In this document: positions 36,560 through 48,804 of the stretch, piece by piece
Layout of the letters: the number at the start of each line of letters is the position of its first letter
How positions within the stretch are numbered: the first letter of the stretch is position 1
DNA from: Elsinoe ampelina
Lineage: Eukaryota
Direction of reading: 5' to 3'
NCBI GenBank assembly: GCA_010093995.1
Contig: ML992501.1
Coordinates: 454,227-518,226 of the forward strand
DNA length: 64,000 nt
The notes under the pieces: model-generated
The model's database searches: none
What the model was told of the DNA's origin: nothing
The model's input: the letters and a program-made list of their open reading frames with translations, nothing else
Made by a program: the position numbers and the translations under genes

Positions 36560-36925
36560 TCTAACTCTGCATCAAATCCCCCAAATCCCCATCCTCCACC
36601 TGCCTCGGCCCCTCGACACACCCCACCCACGCCACCCTATCCTTCACGACCCCCTTCCCCCCTCAGCCTCAGTCTCCCCTCGTCCCACCCCCTTTCTATG
36701 AGACTAAAATCATCCACTGTCCCCGTCCTCACGACCGTGGTGTCCGGATATCCCTCCGAAGACCGCCACATCAACGCCCTGCAGTCCCCGCAGAAATGGT
36801 CCGTCATGGTGTTTCCGCTCGCAACGAGGGCGGGAGGTGGCGTAGGTGCGCAGGGAGGTGGAGCCGCGCGGGATATGCACCGAGGAGAGAGGGGGGAGGA
36901 AGAGGGCGCCGGACATGGATGAGCA
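36560..36925 (-). pseudogene. Decayed, inverted copy of the neighbouring GFA/Mss4-like gene
   Basis: Minus strand gives SSMSGALF...RGSTSLRTYATS then, in another frame, NTMTDHFCGDCRALMWRSSEGYP..VRTGTVDDFSLIER, colinear with the intact gene; frameshifted and lacking the N-terminal CxC/CHCxxC. Confidence 0.8.
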
Positions 36926-37531
36926 ATAAGACAGGGCGCTGGTGTTCCGCTTGAGATTGAGATTAGGCGTGAAGGCTGCAATGTGCTTGTGATTACGGGG
37001 TGGTAGGGAAGAAAGAGAGGCTGCTGATACAATACCTCGGGTTGATAATACCACGACGGCAGTTCGTCTGTCATGGCATCTCGGGGGCGGTATCAATCCA
37101 TTGCGATGAACTGAGATTGGGAAGAGACGGCACCGGACGCATTCATGTGCAAATGTGCATCGGAGTATATTTGTAGATGTTCTGGAGGTAAACGGAAGAC
37201 GACTCCGAGTCCCCGTGCTTTTCCGGATGGAGCACGCCGGAGTTTGACGGACAAGACCTGCCCCTCCTTCCCCCGCCTCTACCGTCCCCTTGGTCCTTGC
37301 CTCTGCAACACTATGACATGACATGACAAAAAGCAGCTTACACATCGAGATATTTGTAATTGCTCAGCTGCAACTTCAAAGGTGAGTGGAACAAGGTATA
37401 AAGCTCAGCAGCTCCGATCCCAAATTTGCCACCACCTCCATCCAAACCACCATCAAACGCAATCCATCTCCAACACTACCAATCCCACCCCAATCCCATC
37501 ATCTAGCAGCAAAGGCCCATCCATCACAACA

Positions 37532-38044
37532 ATGTCAGTCCGCGACGCCGACAAGTCCGCGCCCTACATCCCACTCTCGGGCGCGACCTCAGATGGCACC
37601 TCGGACGGCACCCACGCCACAGCCACCTGCTTCTGCGGCTCGGTGCAATACCGCTTCCCCCTGGCCGGGATCAAAGACGTCTTTGTGTGCCACTGCACAG
37701 ATTGCCACAAGCTACACAGTGCGATGTTCGGGACCAACTTCATCCTCTCGGCCTCGGACACGGTGGTCACGCGCGGCCAAGACAAGCTCAAGACGTACGC
37801 GACGAAAAAGTCCATCGCGGCGCACAGGACCATGACGAATCATTTCTGCGAGGAGTGTGGGACGTTGATGTGGCGGACGGGAGAGGGGTTTCCGGGCGTC
37901 ACGATCCCGAGGGCGGGCACGGTGGATGACTTTAATTTGATGGAGAGGGAGTTGAGGCCGAGGGTGGAGATGTTCGTCAAGGATAGGGCGGCGTGGATTA
38001 AGGAGGTGGATGGGGTGGTGAGAGCGGATGCGAGCCATTATTGA
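37532..38044 (+). CDS. GFA / Mss4-like (CENP-V) zinc-binding protein
   Basis: ATG at 37532; CFCG, CHCTDCHK, FCEECGTLM motifs; TATAAA at ~37398. Confidence 0.9.
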   Translation: MSVRDADKSAPYIPLSGATSDGTSDGTHATATCFCGSVQYRFPLAGIKDVFVCHCTDCHKLHSAMFGTNFILSASDTVVTRGQDKLKTYATKKSIAAHRTMTNHFCEECGTLMWRTGEGFPGVTIPRAGTVDDFNLMERELRPRVEMFVKDRAAWIKEVDGVVRADASHY

Positions 38045-38449
38045 CTGGCGAGGGGAAAGCGGAGGGGAAGACAGAGGATGTGAGTGGGAGTTTCTTTGGG
38101 CGAGGTGATGGATGTCAGTAGTGTCGTCGTAGCTATAGCTCAAGGGCATTGCTGGTAATGAACTCGTCTTTCATCTTATCACATGAGGTCCTGGACAATA
38201 CAGTAGAGGGATGAACTTCTGTCAAGCAAAGTGGAATGCCGTGTGCCAATGTCCAAACTTCCATGGCCCTGAGAGAAGGGAGACTTCAGTGCTCGATATG
38301 AGAAGGCAGTAGCAGGCGTTCAAGCGGACAACACTGTGGAGCAGATTCTTGTCGAGAATGATTGGCATTGAGTATGAGATCTACAGTATCGTGACCAAAG
38401 CCAGTGGCAATGGCAGTGACAACCTCCATCGTCTCCACTGCAACTCACT

Positions 38450-40224
38450 CTAGAACAACCAAGCAACAAACGTCTTGTAAAACCACCGTCCACCCTTTGC
38501 GTTAAGCTGAGCATCCTTCTCCGCCTTGGCAGCGAGGAACTCCTCCTCTTCCCTATCAATAATCTCCTTGCCGGTGTAAAGATCGCACTCCTCGGGACGA
38601 ACACCCTTGCTCTTAGTCCAGAACTTGTGGCCGAAGATGAGCATGAGGTAGACGGGGATACCGATGTAGCCGGTGACAAAAGTCTTGTAGTCGAAGGCGC
38701 CGTACTCGGGCTTGCGGATGAAGGCGCTGTAGTTCTTGGTCAAGCAGACGAGGACGCACACGAAGAGAGCGCCGTAGGAGCCCCAGATGCCGAGGGGAGC
38801 GGTGTATGGCATGTCTTTGTCCTCGAGACCTTGGGCCCGGCGGGCGCGCACGAACCAGATGTGGGTGATGAGGATGGAGATCCAGGTCAGAAGACCGAGG
38901 ACGGTGACGACGTTGACGAAGTACAGGAAGACGGTGCGGGAGTCATTACTGACGTTCATGAAGGCGATGAGGGCGACGAATGTGGCGATGCCGGTGGAGT
39001 AGTATGGGACACCGAGCTTGTTGGTCCGGGTGAAGATGCGGGGAGCGTTTTCGTCGCAGGCGAGACCGTAGAGGGTACGGGAGGCGATGTAGAGATCCGA
39101 GTTGGAGGCGGAGAAGACGAAGACCAGGATACAGGCGTTGATGACGTGGTCGAGACCACCAATGCCGGCCAGCTTGACGGCGACGACGAAAGGAGATGCA
39201 TTGGCGCCGGTGGTGGCCTTGGTAGCGAAAGCAAGGTCGGGGCTGTTGTATGGGACGAGCATACCGACCAGGAAGACGGAGAGGACGTAGAAGAAGAGGA
39301 TTCGGTAGAAGGTGAGCTTGATGGCACGGGGTACAGTCTTGCGTGGGTTCTGGGCTTCGGCGACAGTCACACCGACCAGCTCGGTACCCAAATAGGCGAA
39401 GGTGGCGTTGACCATAACGGACCAGAAACCGAGAAATTGACCTGCGCTGCCTGTCGTATGTTGCGGTTTGAAAGCGCCTGGGTTCCTCCAGTACCTGAAA
39501 CCCTTGCGATCGCCATCTGGACCACCTCCGAGAGCCAGAATGAGAGACAAGAGGATAATACCGACAATGGTGACGACCTTGAACGAGGAGAGCCAGAATT
39601 CAAATTCACCAAAGAACTTGATGCCGAAGAAATTGATAATGACAATCAAGACCAGGAAGATGGCAATCCATGCACCTGGGTTGACACGAGTGCGTGGTAC
39701 CCAATATTGCATGACCAGCGCACCTGCCGTCAGCTGATTCGGTGTTACGATGATATATTTCAGCCAGTACCTATCATGCTGTCAGTCGTGTTGTCCCCGC
39801 ACAAGCTCTTTCTGGGCAATGCTTACGTCCAGCCAAGGGCAAACCCGAGAGATGGGTCGCAGAAACGGGAAGCATAACCAGTGAACCCAGCGGACATTGG
39901 GAACCATGCGGCCATCTCACCAAGAGCAGCCATGACCAGGAAGACGACGAAACCGAGGAAGAGGTAACCGATGAAGAGGGAGCCGGGGCCGGAGTTGGCG
40001 AGAGCAGAGCCAGTTCCGATAATCAGACCAGTACCAATAGCACCACCAATGGCAATCATAGTAATGTGACGAGCCTTGAGACCACGGTGGAGGGCGCTGC
40101 CATCGTCAAAGGCCATACCACGGATGTGGCCATTGTTCTCGGTGTCGTAGGACTTTTCATTGAAACCCTTCTCACCCTCGGGCGAGGAGGTCGAGTTGGC
40201 CGGACTGAAGTCGCGAGTAGCCAT
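38450..40224 (-). CDS. Amino acid permease (YAT/APC family, Dip5-like)
   Basis: Two exons (40224-39827, 39770-38450); LKARHITMIAIGGAIGTGL, FGEFEFWLS, FAYLGTELVG, about 12 TM segments. Confidence 0.93.
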
Positions 40225-41785
40225 GGTGGGGAGGAACGTCAAAAGAGCCTTGTGAGAACAGAAGGTCTGCAACACGGGGAAGGAAGGGAATAAATGGTCG
40301 CCCTAACACACGGCGATCATTCTCATGTCTGCACGGGCACCAACTCGCCAACCAGAGCGATAATCACGCCAAGGGAGGGACCAAGAGTGACCATGGGACG
40401 GAACAGGAAAGACGAAGCAGACGTGCAGCGGGAACGATGATAGGCGGCGGCGGAGGGACTGGTGGGTAGGTCGATAAGAGACTTGGTACTTCCGGGCGGC
40501 CAAGCAATTGAGGCATATCCAGCGACACGATGGATGCGCTGATCGCCTGATGATCTGGCTGGTGAGCAGTCAGTTGGTCAAGATGTGCTTTGCCATTCGA
40601 CGATCCAGAAGCGATATCTTCTCCACGCAGTCGTGGACTGCGCAGTTCTCGAGGCCGGCCAGCTCTCGAGGCATATTCCGCGCATCTGGGTGACGCTATC
40701 GCAGCGGTCGATTCAGACAAACAAAAGCCTCCCTCAGGGCTAGCTAGGAGAAAATCTTGTCCCCGCTTTCCCGCGGGAGAAACATGAACCGTGAGGCAGG
40801 GTTGCAGCGCTAAGCTGCATCAAGAAAGGTTGTTGAGCTGTCTTGTTCGACTTGTCCCGCTTTGAAGCGATTCCAGAAGAGTTTTCGAATACAAGGGTAA
40901 ATGTCGCCATAATAAGCCGTATCCACAGTTTGTCATGTCTATCCCAGCTATTTGCGATAGAGACAAAGCCAGTAGTGACAGCATTTCGTCGTCTCGAATC
41001 TCGTGTCGACTCGCCCTCTGTATCGAGTCCCTACACGAGTTCTTTGACAGATGGGATTCCATGCAAGCCATCACGCCATCAGCAGCCATCGACCGTGCCT
41101 CTCATGCTCTTCTTCAACCGAGGGTTCGCGCAGCAGCGCTATTGGCCAACACCCAAGCCAACGCCAATGCGGCGTGCCCGTCTGCGGGACCAGAGCTGTA
41201 GCCCGCATATTATTCTCGCCAGGCCTGGCATCCGACGTCGTCTCGTGACAGGAGGCCGAAAAGGTGTCTTGAAAAGACCATTGATAAGTCGCTCTTCTCG
41301 TCAACATGTCGCCGGCTGTGCAGCATGGATGCAGTATGAAGTCTGCTTTTTCCCGTCCTGTGCCGCGTCCAAGTCATTCAAGAGATGATCCGGATGCTTG
41401 TCAACGTGTCTAGGCGCGGCGCATCATTCCAAGGCTGCTCTCCCTGTCGTGACTGTCGTCTGGTCTTGACCTCCTTCCGAATCTTTCATGCTGGTCGTTG
41501 ACGATATCCGGTGGTCGCTCTGCGTGCAGCACCTGGAGTCTCACAAATTATCGTTGAAGCTCCACTCCTACCAGCAGCCACTTTTACACGGTTTACACTT
41601 TCGTGTCAGTATTACATCACCGTTCAGTTACATCCCCGTGCCATCATTGCTGCGTTGGCCAAGTAGCAATTGCGGTAAGAAAATGAGAAGACTTTGGACA
41701 AGCTCCAATCATAGCTTTGACTGCTGCTGCCCGTGATCCTGAGAAGAACCTCATTCATTCCTCTACAATTTACGATCAAGCAAAA

Positions 41786-42747
41786 ATGAGTAACGAAGCC
41801 CAGAAGAAGGACAAGCCGTTCGAGGTTGGTGCGTATAAGAGACTGAAGATCCACGAATCAGCACTGACAGTCTACGAGGCCACAAGCCTGGCGTCCAATT
41901 CGACAATGTTCCCGGCCTTCAGTCGAAACTGGACCCTCATCCAGTAGATGCATACCTCCCTACGCCAGAGGGTGGGAAGCAGCTCTACAAGGCTGCCGGC
42001 AAGCTTAAGGGTAGGACAGCTTTGATCACAGGTGGCGACAGTGGTATCGGGAGAGCGACAGCTATTCTCTATGCCATGGAGGGTGCCTCGCATATATTGA
42101 TCGCCCATCTGCCCGGCGAGGAATCCGACGCCGAGGATACCAAGAAACAGATCGAGCACTATGGCGCCAAAGTGACCACTTTCGCTGCCGATCTCCGGCC
42201 CAAGGAGAAGTGTAAGGAACTCGTCGACACTGCTCTCAAGGAGCTTGGCAAGGTCAATATCCTTGTCCTTAACCATGCCTACCAGATGGTCCAAAACAGC
42301 ATCGAGGAGCTGTCCGAAGATCAATGGGAGCGGACGTTCGACACCAACATCCATCCCTTCTTCTACATCTCAAAGTACCTCGTTCCACACATGACCCGGG
42401 GTGATGTGATCCTCACTTGCGCCTCCATTAACGCCTACGTCGGCCGACCTGATCTCCTCGATTACACCTCCACAAAGGGCGCCATCGTGTCCTTCACCCG
42501 CGGTCTGGCCAACATGTACGTCGAACAGGGCATCAGGGTTAACGCCGTTGCTCCCGGCCCCGTCTGGACGCCTCTCATTGTTACTACCATGGGTGAGCCG
42601 CAGCAGCAGGCCTTCAAGGGACCCATGGGCAGACCAAGTCAGCCATCTGAGATAGCTACGTGCTTTGTCTTCCTCGCTGGTCCGGATAGTTCGAGTCTTA
42701 CTGGGCAGGTTCTGCACCCGAATGCTGGTACCGTGCTGAACGTATGA
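41786..42747 (+). CDS. Short-chain dehydrogenase/reductase (YhdF/general stress protein 39-like)
   Basis: ITGGDSGIG, YTSTK, IRVNAVAPGPVWTP; short first exon from ATG 41786 and one intron at ~41825-41880 (exact splice sites uncertain). Confidence 0.9.
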
Positions 42748-43190
42748 GCTTGGTAGCTGGACATGGCCTATGGAGAGTGTACGTGGAAACAACACAGCTA
42801 GTCGACAACTACGAAGCATACGTATAATATCAAACAACGATCTCTACGAAGAACAACTTTTCGTAAATTTCGTGACTGCCAGCTCGTTATTGAATATACC
42901 AGACTCTAATTCCGCAATTGACTTTAGTGACAAGATGTGGATGAGTGATCTTCATCTGCTTCCCCAAATCTATCTTGATACGCGATTAAACCTCCGAACA
43001 GGCCCGCCTTGAACTTTACCATGCTAGACTAGCCTGGACGCAAGCCACTCTTGTCCCTCTCCATGCTCTCAGTACTGGTCCCATATTCTTTGTGCCCATG
43101 ACGATGCGCTGTGGTGAACAGCGCGACAGCTCCTCCACCCACACTGGGAGCTTCATGCTTATCAGCTCGCGATAACGCTTTCAGAAAATC

Positions 43191-46153
43191 ATGGACGACC
43201 ACGAGCCACAGCAAGAAGTGTTCAAGAAACCATTAAAGAGGAAGAGGTCGTCTCAAGGATCTATACATTCAGGTGAAGCCGGTCTTCATGCTTCAGATTC
43301 GCAAGACGGAGGGAAGAACTCGGGCGTGACAGCCTTCAGGACGGTCAGCGCCTGCAATCGTTGTAGGTCGCGAAAGAACCGCTGTGACCAGGTGAGAGGA
43401 GGCGTGACCAGTCCTTGAGAGCTTCTGCTGATACTGTCCAGGCATTGCCAGCATGTGGCAACTGTGAAAAGGCTGGCACGCCATGTGTCGGCTATGATGC
43501 CAACCTGAATCGCTCTGTCCCCCGAAATTATGTCCTATACCTTGAGAACCGCGTGGGGAAACTCGAGGCGATCCTGCAAGAGCATGGCATACCATATCCG
43601 CCAGCCACAGAGCTTGCAATCGACACCAAGCCCAACGGATCGGTCGCAAAGGGCAATGGGTCCAAACCTCAAGCCCAGCAGGGCACGCCAATGACAGGCA
43701 CAGGATTGGGTATAGATGTGCGGAGAAACAGTTTGGCAGGCCAGGACGACTTGAACAAGAAAGAGCGCTCCTTCACCGGACCAGACCGCCGGGTCTCAAT
43801 GTCAGCTATCTCGTTTGCGAGTGTGGTTCGTGAAGCAGTGAAGAAGTACATCGCTCATGGCGCAAGAGCTGCTCTGAGAGGTACGAGAGACGGGCGGGAG
43901 GATGGTCCACAGCACGACTCCTTCTTCGGTCTTTACTCGCCCCCAATCACGAGACCAGCACGGTTTCCGGAGCCGGACCTGGCACGGGATCTTGCCCATC
44001 TGTACTTCGAACACGCTAATCCTCAAATACCCATCCTACATCGTGGCGAGTTTGCAAAGTTCCTCGAAAGAGTGTACAACACCCCTGCAGAGGAGCGGAC
44101 TGCGAGGACCGTCTTCTTCGTAAACATCACTTGTGCGATTGGTGCTGGCATCATCATGGACAAGAGCGGCGAGCTGGATCAACAAGCTAGCGATGATGAG
44201 ATCAAGACGGAGCAGGGAACGAGCAGTCTCATCAAACGTGCAGAACCCGAGCAGTACTTTGCCGCAGCGATGACATGTCTTGAGACATTCATGAGCGCAC
44301 CCAAAGCAATGGAATCGACCCCACCTGGTTTGGAAGAGCTTCAAGCTGTCTTGCTCGTGGCAAATTTCTCGTTGCTGCGACCTGTCACGCCCGGTTTGTG
44401 GTATATCGCTGGCATAGCGATGCGACTCGCCAAGAATCTGGGCTTGTACCATGAAGGTGTGGAAGATATCGATTCGAGCAGACCTATATCTGTGGATCAG
44501 TCAGAAGCGGATGCCAAAAAGCATCACCAGCATGTCGGTCGACTGTGGTGGTCTCGAGATATGCGGCGAAGATTGTGGTACTGTGCTTACTCTATCGATC
44601 GACTTGTATCCGTGTGTGTCGGTAGGCCCACGAGCATTGACGAGACCGTCATTACAACCCCATTCCCCTCTGGACTGGATGATCGATATATCGGACCTAC
44701 TGGAATCGACTATCCCCCAGTATCTCCAGGTGCAGTACTGCCGAGCTACAAGCGCGTCTCTTACCACTACTTCCGACTCAGATTACTGCAATCTGAAGTG
44801 CTGCAGGTGTTGGAGTCGCGGCGAGCACAGCTGATTCGAGCGACTGGACTATCACACCTCGACAACCATTACATCCCGACAGATCTGAAAGAGCCTTACC
44901 TCGCACGGTTCAATGGCGATTTCCGCAACTGGCGGCTTGATATCGATGCGCGACTATCACAATGGCAACGCGAAGGCCCACGTCGAGAAGACACAGGTGT
45001 CAAATTCGATCCTCTCTTCCTGGATCTCAACTACTGGCAGACGATGGTCATGTTGTACCGTCATTCACTGTCAATACCTGAACAGCTTGCTGGAGAGCTT
45101 GACGAATCCACCCTCGAGGAGTCCAGAAACACAACATATGCTGATGCCGAGGACAGGGAAGACGAACAAATGGTCTTCTACAAAGCAGGCGTTGCAGGTC
45201 AGCAAGTCCTCCGTATCTACCGGCAGCTTCACTTGAAGCGTCTTGTTAACTACACGTATCTGGCAACCCATCACATCTTCATCTGTGGCGTTACCTTCCT
45301 GTACTCCATCTGGCAGTCTCCACTCGTTCGCCAGAGCATCAAACGAGAAGACATCGATCTCACCGTCCTGGCCGCCACCACTGTCCTCACAGCCTTGATC
45401 CCCAAATGCCCGCCAGCTCAAAACGCCCGCGACGCTTTCAAACGGATGAGCAAAGTGACCATGGCATTCTACCTTGCCAACCTCCCCTCCGACGTCCCCT
45501 CCCAATTCAGCGACTACCCACTCCGCTCCCCCATCCAAAACCGCCACGCCCACCTCCAGCAACAACCCTCCCACTCCTCACACAACCCCAACCCTCGCCG
45601 ACCCTCACCCCAGTTCGACACGGGTTTCAAATCCCTCTTCTCCGAAGAAGACCTCGCCCTCAACTCCCCCGACTTTCCCCTCCCGCGCAAGTTCCTCCCC
45701 GTCTTCGACCGCTCCAACCCCCGCCCCACCAGCAACCCCACCTCCCACGGCCCCGTCGGCGCCGGCGGCATGGAGATCCTCCTCGACCCCTCCCTTCGCG
45801 ACACCAACTCCAACAACAACAACCCCAGCGGTGGCTCAGGCGCGGGTCAGACGCCCTTCTCGCACTCCCATCCCGGTAACCGCACGCCGAACTCGGCCCA
45901 TCCTAGTGATGCTTCGGTCGGCGGGGACGGGTCCTACTTTGACGATAGTTTTTGGGAGTATTTCCAGGGTGACACCACGGGGGGCCAGATGGCGGGCACG
46001 GAGGGGCTGGGGGCAGCGGGGATGGGGTTCGAGTTGGGGTTTGGTGCGGGAGGGCTGGTGGGTGGGGAAGGGACGGCGGCGGGGGCGGATTGGCCGGAAC
46101 GAGGGTTTGAGATGTTGGATGGGTGGTTGTTGGGGGGTACTAGTGGGGGGTGA
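43191..46153 (+). CDS. uaY: Zn(II)2Cys6 transcription factor, UaY/Ppr1-like
   Basis: VSACNRCRSRKNRCDQ|ALPACGNCEKAGTPCVGYD split by intron 43392-43441; fungal TF middle domain (PILHRGEF, RRRLWYCAYSIDR, RLRLLQSE, VNYTYLATH). Confidence 0.85.
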
Positions 46154-46566
46154 ACAACTTACTTGAGAGACGCGAAGGAGCTCAGTAAGGGTACTGATAG
46201 GTAGGAGGACGAGGTGGGGCCTACTTGACGAGGAATAGAAGGGGAGGAGAAGGGGCGGTGGAAAAGGGCAAAGGCGTAATGATGTTCATGATTGTGATTA
46301 GCGGATACCATGTCTTGATATAGCAGGTGGGAGGAAGATGAGTACATGGCGATGAACGACAGTCCTCTCATCAAAATCACTTCCCAGCACATCCCATCAC
46401 GTCAAGTATGCAAGCATGTGAAGTGTAAGAATAGCTCATTAGAAGTGATTACGCATTAAGCCTCCCCGCCAAGTACAAGCAGAGGCATTCCACCCCTCAT
46501 CCATCATTAAAAACCACCCGATCCAAAAGCCCTCCCCCAATCCCCCACCTCCCTTCCATCACCACT

Positions 46567-47560
46567 CTACGACGTCTTCGCAGCCTTCTTCTTCGCCGCC
46601 TTCTCCACACTCACAATCGCCGGCCCAGCAAGCGTATTATCATCAGTATACGTAGCATTACTCGTCGTGAGAATAGCATAAACCTGGCCCTGCGGCCCAT
46701 AGACATCAATCTTCGGCACCGTGCTCGAGACAGTCTTGTTCGCGGCACTGTACTTTGCCTCCTGGAAGGCACTCCCGCCGATGGTGGGCCACGCGACGTA
46801 AATCGGGCCATCGGGCGTCTTGAAGTCCTTTGGGACGGAGAAGACGATTTTCTGGTTCGGCTTGAAGGTCGCGGCGCTCTTTGCGCTCAGGGCGGGGAAG
46901 GCTTTCACCGGTAGCGCCGGGTTGGTGGTCGGGCACGAGGTGATGAAGCCTGCTGCTAGGGTGTAGACGCTGTTGAAGCCGAGCGGGGTGTCGAAGGCTT
47001 GTGGGAAGGGGGACTTGTCCTGCTTGTTGCGGATGAAGGCGTTGTGGCGGGCTTCGACGGTGAGGATGCTGCCGGCTGCGGTGAGGATGTTTTTGTTGGT
47101 GATGCTGGAGGCGGCGCCGAGGTAGGCCGAGACGCCGACGCCTTCGAGGATCGAGGCGGTCGCGATGAAGGCTTTGGGGGAGGTGATGCCGAAGTTGTAC
47201 GTGCAGGCGGCGGTGCTGCTGTAGTTGAGGGATTTTTGGGTCGCTTTGATGACGGTCACGTGGTTGGCTTCGTCTTGGCCGATTTTTTTGAGGTTGGCGT
47301 AGAAGTTCTTCTCTGTGAAGCCGGCTTTGGTGAAGTCGGCGGCTTTGTACTTGGCGAGACCTTCTTTGTAGAAGGCGGCTTCGAGGTGCTCGAGGGTGAG
47401 GGCGTAGTTGAGGATGACCCTTGGAGATGTTAGGGATGATGGGGGCAAGATTGGATATGTGGACTTACTCGTCGATGTTGTCGGCACGCTTCTCGATAGG
47501 AGCAGGTGCTGCGGCTGCCAAAGCCGCGAAGAGGGCGGCGCTGTAGATCTCGGTCTTCAT
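46567..47560 (-). CDS. Secreted ferritin-like domain protein (Rds1-like)
   Basis: MKTEIYSAALFAALAAAAPAPIEKR signal/pro-peptide, intron ~47468-47421, ILNYALTLEHLE, LEGVGVSAYLGA, ILTVEARH. Confidence 0.88.
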
Positions 47561-48804
47561 CTTGAGATTGCGTGGGCGGAGCAGGTGATGCTGTGGTTAG
47601 GTGGTCTGGTAGTAGGATGAAGCTGTGGTATTCGAAACAATACGTCAAGGGAATCTTGTTTACTTATAGAGATCATCTCTCACCTACGCCAACAGACATT
47701 GTTGTACAGAGTTAGAGCTCGTGAAGTGTAAGTTGATGGACAATCACAAACACTGCAACGACTCTCAACGGCCGTGGATATTGCCGGACTGAAATAGCAT
47801 GATCAAGAACGCCAGGACGGACAAGTACCAGTCCGGTTCTAGGTTCGTGAGGAGAGCAAGTGCTCCGATAGGTCTGCCATGGCCATGTTCCAAATCACTG
47901 ACCATGGCCGTTGGTGAGCCAGTAGTAAAAGCAGTGAAGGACGCTGTCAGGTCTCCAGATGGCCGTTTCGGAAGTAAAGCTCTCCGCATTGCAAGATTGC
48001 TATTTGATCAACGGTGGACAGTGACCAGTCAACTTAAAAGAAGCCGCTGATGTTCTCATCTCTTGTGATGACACAGATCGAGTCGTTGGTGGAAAAAAGA
48101 GCGGAGATACACATACCCGGTTCTGACGCCGGTGAGCACCGGTCATCACAACCTGCGATGGACACTCTGGAGCACTCTATTTGGCTTTGAAGGAGATTGG
48201 CCGCATCCGTCCGAGGTCAGGGCTGTCTGTCGGTATGGGAAGAGCCGGTGTCAGGATAGTCATGGGTGAATGAGATGGAGTAGGGAAGTTGACTCGGCGT
48301 TTCGACGTAAGGCTCACGTGGTGGGGTATTGCTTGCACACATCAACAAAGCCATATGAAAAGTAAGGCAGCACAACTCCTCAAGTGATGAAGGAAGCATG
48401 TTTGGATCTGGTTGGATCACAGAAAGTACCAACAGCATAGTCAAGAAGAAAAATTCCAAGTCATTATCATGCTATCCAATCAATCGATATGATACATCTA
48501 AATATGTGCCCGGCACGTATAGTACAGTCTCCTCAGCGATCCACTTTGTCATCAACGTTTGTCGTGGATCGAGCTTGTCGGATCAACGGGTATAGAGCGC
48601 CAGAGTACGATGCCGTAAAAGAGTTAACAGATACCACCCAACAGAATGTGAAGAATAACTCCTGCCCGTAGACGCCAATCAATAAGAAAACAAAAACAAA
48701 GACCCTCACGCCCTGGTAGTTCCAGGCCCAGATCCTAAGGGAAAGTGACGGACGAAACGGGTTCACCAGTCCCTCACACCGGCAGAATCCGAGCCGTAGA
48801 CGGA

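Noticed and set aside
38627..39877. 416-aa + strand ORF and similar long shadow ORFs (31602-32105, 45474-46166, 57844-58677, 60352-61041)
   Set aside because: Antisense or alternate-frame shadows of real genes caused by codon bias.
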